From positions 1 to 64,000 of the forward strand of contig JBILLK010000012.1 in NCBI GenBank assembly GCA_044376115.1: a stretch of 64,000 bases of DNA, given 5' to 3'. The translations under genes were made by a program, and so were the position numbers. Under the pieces are notes generated by a model. That model was not told the DNA's origin and ran no database searches. It saw only the letters and a program-made list of their open reading frames with translations. This DNA is from Polyangiaceae bacterium (GTDB lineage: Bacteria > Myxococcota_A > Polyangia > Polyangiales > Polyangiaceae). This document shows positions 8,814-17,082 of the stretch, piece after piece; the first letter of the stretch is position 1, and every line of letters begins with the position of its first letter.

Positions 8814-10802
8814 CTAGCGCACCATCGTGCCAACACCGGTCTCGGTGAAGAGCTCCGCCACCACCACATGTGGCGTGCGCTCATCGAGGAAGTGCGCGCT
8901 ATCCAGCCCTCTTGTGAGGGCCTCACGCGCAGCCGAACAGCGCGCAATCAGCGAGGGCTCAATGCGACCTTGCTCGAGCCGCAGCGCGAGATCGTCCACC
9001 GAGAGTTCGGAGAGCAGCGTCCCTTCGCGGACAATTCCAGCCGTTTCTCCGAGGAAGATGAGCTTCTTGGCGTTGCAAGCCACGGCCACCTCCGCCGCTA
9101 CCCGGTCTACGTCCAACGAGGCGCCGCTGCCGACGATGCGCAGCGCCTCCTCGGTAAACTCGGGGACGATCACAGGCACATAGCCTTTGGCGAGCAGCGT
9201 CTCCACCACGTCAGGGTCAACGACCACATTGGCCAGCGGGCCCTCTTTTACTTCGCTATGGGCCGAGGGCCAAGCCAGCAGGCCGCCATCGGCTCCCGAG
9301 AGCCCCACCGCGCGAATACCCGCTTGGGCCAAGGCTGTAACGACGAGCTCGCTCGAGCCCTCTTGCACCAGAATGGGCAATAGCCCGGCCGAGGAGAGCA
9401 GCCGCACATCCTCGGCAAAAGCCACGGCGCGCTGACTACTCTCCAGCGTCGCTCGGCCATAACGAATCACGGCTCGCGTATTGGCGAAGCGCTCGATGTA
9501 GCGCAGAGCGCTGATCAGGATCTCGGTCTTGAGCTCCGGCGTTTTCGTCTCGAGTCGAGTATCTCGGCGCACCGGCCCATCGGGGTCTGCCAGTACGGCG
9601 GCGTAGTCTGCATTGATACGTACGTAGTCATAGGTCAGGTCGCAGCCGTAGGCCCTGCCGCTGGTTGCAGCGTTGCCAACCCGCACGGCGATGACCACCT
9701 CGCGCTGACGCAGCTGGGTGCGCAGGCCATCCCGGTCGAAGTCGACGGGCTCCCCCTGGGCGAAGCAGGTAACGCCTTGAATGGTCACCATCAGGTCCTG
9801 CTCGGCGAGCCGTATTCCGCGCTCTCCAGCGCGCGCGCCTACCGCCGCCAGAATGCGCCCGGCGCTTGGATCGGTGCCGAACAGAGCCGCCTTTACTAGG
9901 TTATTGGCGACGATCGCCCGGGCAAAGTCGGTAGCCGCCTCATCGCTCGGCGCGCCGCGAACCTCGACCTCGACGAAGTGGCGAGCGCCCTCACCGTCCC
10001 GTGCGACCTTGCGCGCTAGCTCGTCGGAGACCGAGAGCAGCGCCTGCTCGAAGGCTTTGCGCCCTTCGCTCGAGGCGTCGGTGATCGGGTGATTCTCGGC
10101 GACGCCGTTGGCGAGCAGCAGCACGCTGTCGTTGGGCGAGGTCGAGTGATCGACGCTGGTTGCGTTCCAGGTCGAGGCGGTCACGCGGCGAAAAATGTCG
10201 GCGAGCGACGGCAAATCCACCCGCGCGTCGGTCAAGATGAAGCCGAGCACCGTCGCCATGTTGGGGTGCACCATGCCTGAGCCCTTGGCCACACCGAGCA
10301 AACGCACACGGGTACCGCCGAGAAAGATCTCGCGCGAGGCGATCTTGGTTTCGGTATCGGTGGTCAAGATCGACTCGGCCAACGGGCGCACGTCTGCACC
10401 GAGCGCCTTCACCAAAGCGCCACTCGCTGCTTGCACGCGCTCAATGGGAAAGCGCACGCCCACAACGCCTGTGGTCGCAACCAGCGTTGAATCGACCGGT
10501 ATATCGAGCTTGCCCGCGACCGAGGCGGCCATGCGCTTGGCGTCCTCCTCGCCTTGTGCGCCGGTCAAGGTATTGGCGTTCCCACTGGAGACCACGACCG
10601 CGCGAACATTGGTGGAAGGCAGCAGGCGCTGACACCACTTCACGCTCGCAGCCTTGAGCGCGCTCTGCGTGAAGGCGCCCACCGCCGTGCAACGCTCCTC
10701 CGACAGAATGAGGCCAAAATCACGTTTACGTGCTTTGATACCCGCCGACACACCGGCGAACGAAAAGCCGTCGGGAACCTTGAGGTCATCCGAGATGGTC
10801 AC
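8814..10802 (-). CDS. argJ: Ornithine acetyltransferase ArgJ fused to a degenerate N-acetylglutamate kinase (AAK) domain
   Basis: PDGFSFAGVSAGIK, SGNANTLTG, ILTTDT, AKGSGMVHPNMATVLGF (autocleavage Thr), RDGEGA, GCDLTYDYVRINADY. C-terminal about 240 aa follow the ArgB pattern and end in ELFTETGVGT. Confidence 0.95.
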   Translation of the reverse strand: MTISDDLKVPDGFSFAGVSAGIKARKRDFGLILSEERCTAVGAFTQSALKAASVKWCQRLLPSTNVRAVVVSSGNANTLTGAQGEEDAKRMAASVAGKLDIPVDSTLVATTGVVGVRFPIERVQAASGALVKALGADVRPLAESILTTDTETKIASREIFLGGTRVRLLGVAKGSGMVHPNMATVLGFILTDARVDLPSLADIFRRVTASTWNATSVDHSTSPNDSVLLLANGVAENHPITDASSEGRKAFEQALLSVSDELARKVARDGEGARHFVEVEVRGAPSDEAATDFARAIVANNLVKAALFGTDPSAGRILAAVGARAGERGIRLAEQDLMVTIQGVTCFAQGEPVDFDRDGLRTQLRQREVVIAVRVGNAATSGRAYGCDLTYDYVRINADYAAVLADPDGPVRRDTRLETKTPELKTEILISALRYIERFANTRAVIRYGRATLESSQRAVAFAEDVRLLSSAGLLPILVQEGSSELVVTALAQAGIRAVGLSGADGGLLAWPSAHSEVKEGPLANVVVDPDVVETLLAKGYVPVIVPEFTEEALRIVGSGASLDVDRVAAEVAVACNAKKLIFLGETAGIVREGTLLSELSVDDLALRLEQGRIEPSLIARCSAAREALTRGLDSAHFLDERTPHVVVAELFTETGVGTMVR

Positions 10803-11711
10803 GTGGCACTGATAGCGCAGTCATTCCGCTCACTGCATCAACCTTCGGTTGAAAAGACGTCGGCTGCATGGTGCCACCTTGGGCTGATTGCCTTCGCGGT
10901 ATTGCCGGGCTGCGCCTCGTTCGAGCTGCCTGAGCCGCGGGAACCTCAGGCTGAGGGGAAGGCCGAACAAGGCGAGGGCGCGCTGCCGCTGCGAGCCAGT
11001 CGGCATCTCGCGTTGGGCCTACCGGAGGACGCCGATCCGAGCGACGAGGTTTTGCTCGATCGAGGAGAGTTCGTCCTGTCCTATTCCAGAACGCACAATG
11101 CGCCCAATTGGGTGGCCTGGCGACTCGAGGCGGCGGATCTCGGCGAAGTCGAACGCAGCAGCAGCTTCCGCGCGGACCGCGGCCTGCCCGCAGGCCTAAC
11201 GCCGATTGAGCCGGATGCGTTTTACAAGAGCGGCTGGGATCGCGGGCACCTTTGCCCTTCGGAGGACCGCACGGCCTCTGCGGCGGCCAACCGACAGACC
11301 TTCATCATGAGCAATGTGTTACCGCAGAACCCAACGCTCAATCGCGGCTCGTGGGCGCGGCTCGAGGCCGATACACGTGCGTTCGCGCAGGAAGGCCAAA
11401 CGGTGCAGGTGCTCGCCGGTGCGCTGTGGCAAGACGGCGCTGCGAGCGAAAGCCGGGTCGGCGGGATGACCATTCCATCTCGCCTATTCAAGATCGTGGT
11501 GGCCTCGCGGGGTGACGGCCAGCCCGAATCCATCAACGAAACAGATACAGTGATAGCGGTGATCGCCGCCAACTCCGATGCGGCCAAAGGGCACTCGTGG
11601 CGCGAGTTCCAAACCTCAGTGGACGCGATTGAAGAAGCCTCCGGCTATGACTTCCTAGCCGAGCTGCCTGACACGATCGAGACGGCACTGGAAGCGCGGA
11701 GCGGCCAGTAG
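10803..11711 (+). CDS. DNA/RNA non-specific endonuclease (NucA/EndoG family), probable lipoprotein
   Basis: PNWVAW, WDRGHLCPS, TFIMSNVLPQ, LNRGSW motifs; lipobox-like VLPGC. Start uncertain: GTG 10803 is the first in-frame start not overlapping argJ. Confidence 0.92.
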   Translation: MALIAQSFRSLHQPSVEKTSAAWCHLGLIAFAVLPGCASFELPEPREPQAEGKAEQGEGALPLRASRHLALGLPEDADPSDEVLLDRGEFVLSYSRTHNAPNWVAWRLEAADLGEVERSSSFRADRGLPAGLTPIEPDAFYKSGWDRGHLCPSEDRTASAAANRQTFIMSNVLPQNPTLNRGSWARLEADTRAFAQEGQTVQVLAGALWQDGAASESRVGGMTIPSRLFKIVVASRGDGQPESINETDTVIAVIAANSDAAKGHSWREFQTSVDAIEEASGYDFLAELPDTIETALEARSGQ

Positions 11712-11722
11712 CGCTTACCAGG

Positions 11723-12535
11723 TTAGGCAGCCTGCCGCGCTTTCGCCCGAGCTTGCGCGCGCAATATGATCCCCGTTAGCAAGAACGGCAGCGAAGCAAG
11801 CAGCCCCACGAAGGCTGCGAGCCCAAAGACTACCAAGTAGGCGAGCCCCACCAGCAGCAGCACCAGTAACAGCCAGAGAAAAACGATGATGACTGCGCCT
11901 GGCCCACCGCCTCCACTCATGCTCGAGGGCGTGAGCGCCGCAACGACTGCGTCCCAGATCGCCTGGTAAGAGAGCCACAAAGCCAAGGCTCCACTACCGC
12001 CTGCGGACAAAATAGTCGCATATAGCCAAGGTCCCGCTAATCGCCATAGCAGGGACAGCGTTGCGCATAGAAGTGAACTCGCAAGCCCGCCCAACGTCGA
12101 TGCGGCGAGTAGCCACATCAGGCTTTGGCTGCCGTTAACCGAGGGGTCAAGGCCGTTGGCTTTCCAGACAGGTAGCAGGAGCGCAAGGGTGGGCGTTGCC
12201 GCCCAACCATAGGCAAACGCAGCGATCGCAACCTGCTGCGCCTGAGTCCACCCCTCGCGCAGCTCGGCGCGCAGGTGGTCGCTCATACTGGCAGCGGCTG
12301 GCACCACAACCGGCTTGAGCGGAACGAGCTGCCATGCCGTTGACGCGCGAAAGAGAGCCACGCTCAAGCCGACAAGCCCGGCCAGCAAGGCCGCATAGCC
12401 GACGAGATAGAGCTGCAAGAGCGCGAGCTCGCCTGGGCGAGGCTCATTGCGCACCGACCACACGAGCAACGGTAAGTAGCTAACGACGAAGGCGGCCAAG
12501 GCGGACCGCCGTACCGAGCTCCAAAGGCGCTTCAA
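11723..12535 (-). CDS. Multi-pass membrane hypothetical protein
   Basis: About 7 hydrophobic segments. Start trimmed to TTG 12535 to avoid overlap with the upstream gene. Confidence 0.65.
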   Translation of the reverse strand: MKRLWSSVRRSALAAFVVSYLPLLVWSVRNEPRPGELALLQLYLVGYAALLAGLVGLSVALFRASTAWQLVPLKPVVVPAAASMSDHLRAELREGWTQAQQVAIAAFAYGWAATPTLALLLPVWKANGLDPSVNGSQSLMWLLAASTLGGLASSLLCATLSLLWRLAGPWLYATILSAGGSGALALWLSYQAIWDAVVAALTPSSMSGGGGPGAVIIVFLWLLLVLLLVGLAYLVVFGLAAFVGLLASLPFLLTGIILRAQARAKARQAA

Positions 12536-12552
12536 TGGTCGCCGTTCAACGA

Positions 12553-13494
12553 CTATTCGGGATTGAGGATCTTGCAGATCTGGACCTGATAGTAGACACC
12601 GCAATCGCCGAAGTCCGTGCTGCCCGCGGGCAACGCTTGCATGCACGAGAGCACTTCGGGCTCACACTCGCGAGCGCCCCAGGTGTCATACGGGTCCAGC
12701 TTGGTCAGCGAAACCGTGCGCAGCGCGACCTCGAGCGAGCCCTCCTTCACCCGCGACACATTGGGTTTGCTGAGCGTGAAAGTAAGCCCGGGGTCGTGCG
12801 CAATGGCGCGGACTTCGGAGAAGGTCCAGTCGAAGGAATAGCTCTTGGGGCTGCGCTTTTGCACGAGCGGGTCGAAGCCAGCGTCGGCGGCGACCGCCAA
12901 GGAGGAATAAACCGCTTTGGTAGAAGCGCGCCCGCGATAACGTAGATTGGTTACTCCGTCCTCGACGTACACCGGATCAATCAAGCGCTCGACGGCGAGC
13001 GCCGACGTTCCCTCGAAATCAGTCAAGGCCGGGCCGGTCACCAAGCGGCCGGTATAGTTGATACCGCCGGTGGTTGGATTTAGCTGCAAATAGAGAGCAC
13101 CGCCCGCAAGAATGGTATTCATCTCCGAGCCGGATTCCGGGATGAGCACCTCGAACTTTCGTTTGGTGAGCAGATGTGCCTCACCAAACGCATCGTCGAA
13201 GACGAAGGAAAAAACGTTATCGAGGTTGCGGCTGGCCGAGCCGGTAATACGGAAGTAATTCTGCCCATCGCGCACGACTGGCTGCCAGGTCGGCTGCATG
13301 GTCAGCTTGAGGTTGCCCGCCACCACGCTCACGGTGGACTCATCCCCCTCCGCCTCGGTGACAGCGGTGTCCGGCCCTTGAATCAAGGCGCTCTGTGAGT
13401 CTTCACCCTCTTGCTCAAAGTCCTCAGGCGCTTGCGGAGCACATCCGATGGCGCTGACCAACACGACGGAACAGAGCAAACGTAGGGCTTTCAT
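12553..13494 (-). CDS. Hypothetical lipoprotein
   Basis: ATG 13494 MKALRLLCSVVLVSAIGC lipobox; upstream GAGGAAG; beta-rich body with C-terminal Cys cluster. Confidence 0.75.
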   Translation of the reverse strand: MKALRLLCSVVLVSAIGCAPQAPEDFEQEGEDSQSALIQGPDTAVTEAEGDESTVSVVAGNLKLTMQPTWQPVVRDGQNYFRITGSASRNLDNVFSFVFDDAFGEAHLLTKRKFEVLIPESGSEMNTILAGGALYLQLNPTTGGINYTGRLVTGPALTDFEGTSALAVERLIDPVYVEDGVTNLRYRGRASTKAVYSSLAVAADAGFDPLVQKRSPKSYSFDWTFSEVRAIAHDPGLTFTLSKPNVSRVKEGSLEVALRTVSLTKLDPYDTWGARECEPEVLSCMQALPAGSTDFGDCGVYYQVQICKILNPE

Positions 13495-13686
13495 GAGTCT
13501 TCCTCGGAGGAGTCGCTGAGTGGGAGGCCCTCCTACACCCCAGCTCGACCGTCCGCAAGCCACGGCAACAAGCAACGCTTGCGACGAGAACCCGGTGGCG
13601 TCCAGCAGATCCCGTGGGCCACGTGCAGCGTATTTCTGCGTGTGCAGCGGCGACGGTGCTGGCATAATCCGCGCCCCAAACGAGTT

Positions 13687-13768
13687 GGCCTCGTGGCGGA
13701 ATCGGTAGACGCGGCGGACTTAAAATCCGCGTTCGAAAGAAGTGCGGGTTCGAGTCCCGCCGAGGCCA
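13687..13768 (+). tRNA. tRNA-Leu (anticodon TAA), CCA not encoded
   Basis: Acceptor GGCCTCG/CGAGGCC plus A; D-arm GCGGAATCGGTAGACGC; anticodon arm GCGGA-CTTAAAA-TCCGC; long variable arm; T-arm GCGGG-TTCGAGT-CCCGC. Confidence 0.97.
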
Positions 13769-13781
13769 CAAGGAACAAGAT

Positions 13782-14726
13782 TTACTGGCCCGGGGCGCAC
13801 GTGGATACTCCAGCGCCGACGACCACGGCTCCGATGCTGCCGACGACTTGCACGGTCTGGGTATCGGGATCGAAGCGGGTGATAGTGGTGCCGTTGTCAT
13901 CGCCGGTGAAGATAAAGAAGTCTCCGCCCCACCAGGCGAAGGCTAGCGCCGAGGGCCCGTTGCCGGCCTCGATGAAGGTTGAGGAGAGGATCGTGGCGTC
14001 GTTGCGATCGATCTCGACGATCCAACCGCCAGTACCGGCATTGTTCAAGAAGTAGCCGTAGAGGTTGCCGTCACTGGCGCTCGTCATCTCCAAGCGGTCA
14101 CTGAAGTTCTCAGAGAAAGGCCCGATGTAATTGAGCAATAGCGAGTCAGGGTCGATCGTCGCAAGGCCCTTGGAAGCGCCATTGAAGCTGATCTCGGCGA
14201 CGAACAAGGTGTCCTTCGTACCGCCCACGCTATCGAGCGCAAAGCCCATCCCAAAGGTGAAGAAGCCCTGCTGCCCAGGTTCGAACTCAGTCTCCTCGCA
14301 GCTAGCGTCCAACGTGCTGACCTTATACAGTGAGCCATCGGTATAACCCACATAGGCCGTCCCCAGCCGATCGACCCCCATTGAAAATGGCTGTTGCATA
14401 CCCGCAGGGCAATCCAGTTGGCCTCTCAGCTCGATGGCTCCGGTCTGTGGGAAGTAGCTGAAGAGCTCCTCGTCGGAGGTTACGAGATAAACGTATTGTG
14501 TGGTCTCGGGGTCGCACTCGCGTTGAACCCCACCAACGCCTCCCTCACCGACTCCACCTTCCCCGCCGCCACCGACGGTTGCGGCTCCACCAACGATCTG
14601 CACCGAGGCGCCACTACCGCCCTCCCCCGCGGTTCCTCCAGCACTGGTCGAGCCCGTGGGCAACTCCGAGCGCGCGCCACAGGACACGAGCAACCAAGGG
14701 ATGACGCGTAGGAGGCTTGAACGCAT
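13782..14726 (-). CDS. Lipoprotein with Gly-rich linker and beta-propeller-like domain
   Basis: LLVSC lipobox, GG-rich tether, PFSMGVDRLGTAYV and other blade-like repeats, ends VVGAGVSTCAP. Confidence 0.8.
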   Translation of the reverse strand: MRSSLLRVIPWLLVSCGARSELPTGSTSAGGTAGEGGSGASVQIVGGAATVGGGGEGGVGEGGVGGVQRECDPETTQYVYLVTSDEELFSYFPQTGAIELRGQLDCPAGMQQPFSMGVDRLGTAYVGYTDGSLYKVSTLDASCEETEFEPGQQGFFTFGMGFALDSVGGTKDTLFVAEISFNGASKGLATIDPDSLLLNYIGPFSENFSDRLEMTSASDGNLYGYFLNNAGTGGWIVEIDRNDATILSSTFIEAGNGPSALAFAWWGGDFFIFTGDDNGTTITRFDPDTQTVQVVGSIGAVVVGAGVSTCAPGQ

Positions 14727-14824
14727 GGCAGGTTCACTAAGCCTAACCGATCAAACTCGAACGGTTCGACGAAGTTGCTCTGCCAAGGTGTGAGCAGCCT
14801 TCGCTCGGTGTAGCATGCAGGAGA

Positions 14825-15118
14825 ATGCTGCTCTCACGGTTTCGCTTTCAGCTGCTCACCAGCCTGCTCGTAGTCGTGGGGGCAGGTCCCCTCGGTTGTT
14901 CGAGCAGTGCAGAGGAGGGCTGCCTCGCTCTCTGCGACTTCACCTATCGCTGCGCGTTCGCCCCAGAAATGAGTGGCACAGAAGAAGACTGCATCGATCA
15001 GTGCGAAGAACTAGCCGCTGCGGATCCAGCCTACGCTGATGCGGTTGCAGACTTCGGCAGCTGTATCGAAGGAGTGGAGTGCAACGAACCTCGTGATTGC
15101 ATCCCGTCAGGCGAATGA
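14825..15118 (+). CDS. Small Cys-rich lipoprotein
   Basis: PLGC lipobox, CxxxC pairs, ATGA overlap with the next gene. Confidence 0.65.
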   Translation: MLLSRFRFQLLTSLLVVVGAGPLGCSSSAEEGCLALCDFTYRCAFAPEMSGTEEDCIDQCEELAAADPAYADAVADFGSCIEGVECNEPRDCIPSGE

Positions 15119-15870
15119 ACCGTCGAACCCTCATCGGCCTCCTCGTGCTCGGCTTCGTCGGCTGCCGAGACCGCGAGCGCGACAAGAAGGCTCCGGCTGA
15201 GCTCGAGCCGATCGTCTTTCGTGCAGATACTCCCAACCTCCTCTTGACCTGGATCGACGCAGCGGGAACCACCCACGCTGAGCCGTCCTTAACCGACATT
15301 CCCGAACAGCACCGAGATCTGGTTAGGGTGCTGCTCTCCGATGACCCACGAGGCAACTCGGACCCGATCTACGTCGCCGATATGCGAGTAGCAGAGGAAG
15401 ACGGTAGTTACACGGCGCGCTCATTTGCCCGCTCCGCGTGGGAGGACGAGATCTCGCGACGCCGACGTGAAGTGTCCCCCGAACAACAGGCTTCACTCGA
15501 AGAGAAGTCCAGGCAGCGGCGGCCCAAGCCAGAGGCAGGGCGCGCAGCTCCTTCGGGTACTCCAGCTCCTACAGCCGAGAAGTCGGCTGCCCCAGCGCCC
15601 TACGGGACGCTGGTGGCCATCGTCTACGGCGCTGATTGGTGCGGGCCCTGCAAGAAGGCCAAGGAGCACCTCAAGCGTCGCGGGGTGCAGGTCGACTATC
15701 GCAATATCGACAACGACCCGGCAGCGCGAACCGAGATGCGCCAGAAACTTGGGCCGCGCGGTGGCGCCAGCATCCCGGTGATCGATGTCGCCGGGAGGAT
15801 CCTCGTTGGCTTTTCCGCTCGAGATCTAGACCGTGCGATCGACCAAGCGCGCAAAGGGACCGCTCTCTAA
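15115..15870 (+). CDS. Lipoprotein with C-terminal glutaredoxin (NrdH-like) domain
   Basis: FVGC lipobox; YGADWCGPCKKAK, SIPVIDV, LVGFS. Confidence 0.88.
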   Translation: MNRRTLIGLLVLGFVGCRDRERDKKAPAELEPIVFRADTPNLLLTWIDAAGTTHAEPSLTDIPEQHRDLVRVLLSDDPRGNSDPIYVADMRVAEEDGSYTARSFARSAWEDEISRRRREVSPEQQASLEEKSRQRRPKPEAGRAAPSGTPAPTAEKSAAPAPYGTLVAIVYGADWCGPCKKAKEHLKRRGVQVDYRNIDNDPAARTEMRQKLGPRGGASIPVIDVAGRILVGFSARDLDRAIDQARKGTAL

Positions 15871-15943
15871 ATACACTGCACGAGCCAACCTTCGCAGCAT
15901 TTTTCACCTTGACGAAGACCCAAGACAGCACAATGCTCTGCGA

Positions 15944-16411
15944 ATGCTCCTGGACGAGACTGACCGCAAGATCGTTACGTTGCTGCAGGAGAACGGGCGG
16001 CTGACCAACGCCGCGTTGGCGGAGGCGGTGGGTCTGACAGCAACGCCCATGCTCGCTCGGGTTCGGCGGCTCGAAGAAGCTGGCGTGATTCAGCGCTACA
16101 TGGCGATCGTTGATCCGGCAAAGGTAGGGAAAGCCGTAACCTCCTTCGTGCACGTATCGCTCAAGAGCCACGGGCTGGCGAACCACACCAAGTTCCTTGA
16201 ACTGGTGGATGACCTGCCCGAGGTCGTGGAGTGTCACCACATCGCGGGCGATGAAGACTTTCTATTGAAGGTGGCTGTCCACGACATCGCCGAGCTCGAG
16301 CACTTCTTGCTGCAACGGCTCAGCACCTCGGGTGTGGTCGGTCGAGTCAAGACAACGCTGGTGCTCTCCAGCCGCAAGTCCGCGGGGCCCCTACTCCCGC
16401 ACGCAGAATGA
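15944..16411 (+). CDS. Lrp/AsnC family transcriptional regulator
   Basis: LDETDRKIVTLLQENGRLTNAALAEAVGL...RVRRLEEAGVI...VVECHHIAGDEDFLLKV. Confidence 0.95.
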   Translation: MLLDETDRKIVTLLQENGRLTNAALAEAVGLTATPMLARVRRLEEAGVIQRYMAIVDPAKVGKAVTSFVHVSLKSHGLANHTKFLELVDDLPEVVECHHIAGDEDFLLKVAVHDIAELEHFLLQRLSTSGVVGRVKTTLVLSSRKSAGPLLPHAE

Positions 16412-16421
16412 TAGGTAGCCA

Positions 16422-17060
16422 ATGAACGCCATCGCCTTTGGAGCGCTCTGCTTTTCCTCGCTCTTTACTGTGATTGATCCCGTAGCCGCGGCGCCAGTGT
16501 TCGTGTCGCTGACCAGGACGCAGTCGCGTGCTCAGGTGAAGAGACTCGCGGCTCGTGCAAGCCTTGTGGCGCTCGCCGTACTGTTGATATTCGCGGTCTC
16601 AGGCGCCTTCCTGTTCAAGTTATTCGGGATCACCATTGATGCGTTTCGCATTGGCGGGGGCTTGGTCTTCCTGCTGCTCGGGCTGCCAATGATGAGTGGC
16701 AATGACGCCCACGCGAATGACGTAGATGCAGGTGACACGGGTAATGATCCCTCGGTGGTCCCGCTGGGCGTTCCGCTGATTGGTGGTCCAGGCGCCATCA
16801 CCACGGTGATGTTGCTTATGGGTCAATCCACCTCGGCGGTGCATACCGCTGCGTTGTTTGCTGCGCTGTTCGCAGCGTTGCTAGCGACCTTTGGCGTGTT
16901 GTTGGTCGCCCCGATGGTGCTCTCCAAACTCGGCCGCTCTGGCACTCAATTGCTGACAAAAGTAATGGGCCTGATCGTCGTCGTAATTGGCGTCCAATTC
17001 ATCGTCGACGGAGTCAGGCCCATCGCTATCGAGATCGTCAAGAGCGCAAAGGCCGCTTAG
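16422..17060 (+). CDS. MarC family membrane protein
   Basis: VIDPVAAAPVF, FGITIDAFRIGGG, VPLGVPLIGGPGAITTV, KVMGLI. Confidence 0.95.
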   Translation: MNAIAFGALCFSSLFTVIDPVAAAPVFVSLTRTQSRAQVKRLAARASLVALAVLLIFAVSGAFLFKLFGITIDAFRIGGGLVFLLLGLPMMSGNDAHANDVDAGDTGNDPSVVPLGVPLIGGPGAITTVMLLMGQSTSAVHTAALFAALFAALLATFGVLLVAPMVLSKLGRSGTQLLTKVMGLIVVVIGVQFIVDGVRPIAIEIVKSAKAA

Positions 17061-17082
17061 GGCCTAACCCGCCTTCGCCGTC

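Noticed and set aside
8814..9535. Functional bifunctional ArgJ-ArgB enzyme
   Set aside because: The kinase catalytic Lys/Gly motifs and substrate lid are missing.
10554..10802. N-terminal ORF-track extensions (also 40998-42506, 42262, 49790-50950, 50655, 23000)
   Set aside because: They overlap divergent or upstream genes; downstream starts match signal peptides or family N-termini.
13687..13768. bldA-like TTA-codon control
   Set aside because: tRNA-Leu(TAA) is a standard tRNA and TTA codons occur in ordinary positions (for example 40981-40983); no evidence without genome-wide counts.
13687..13781. tRNA-Leu as an island integration site
   Set aside because: No integrase, and no duplicate of the tRNA 3' end was noticed; the next gene stop is 13 bp away.
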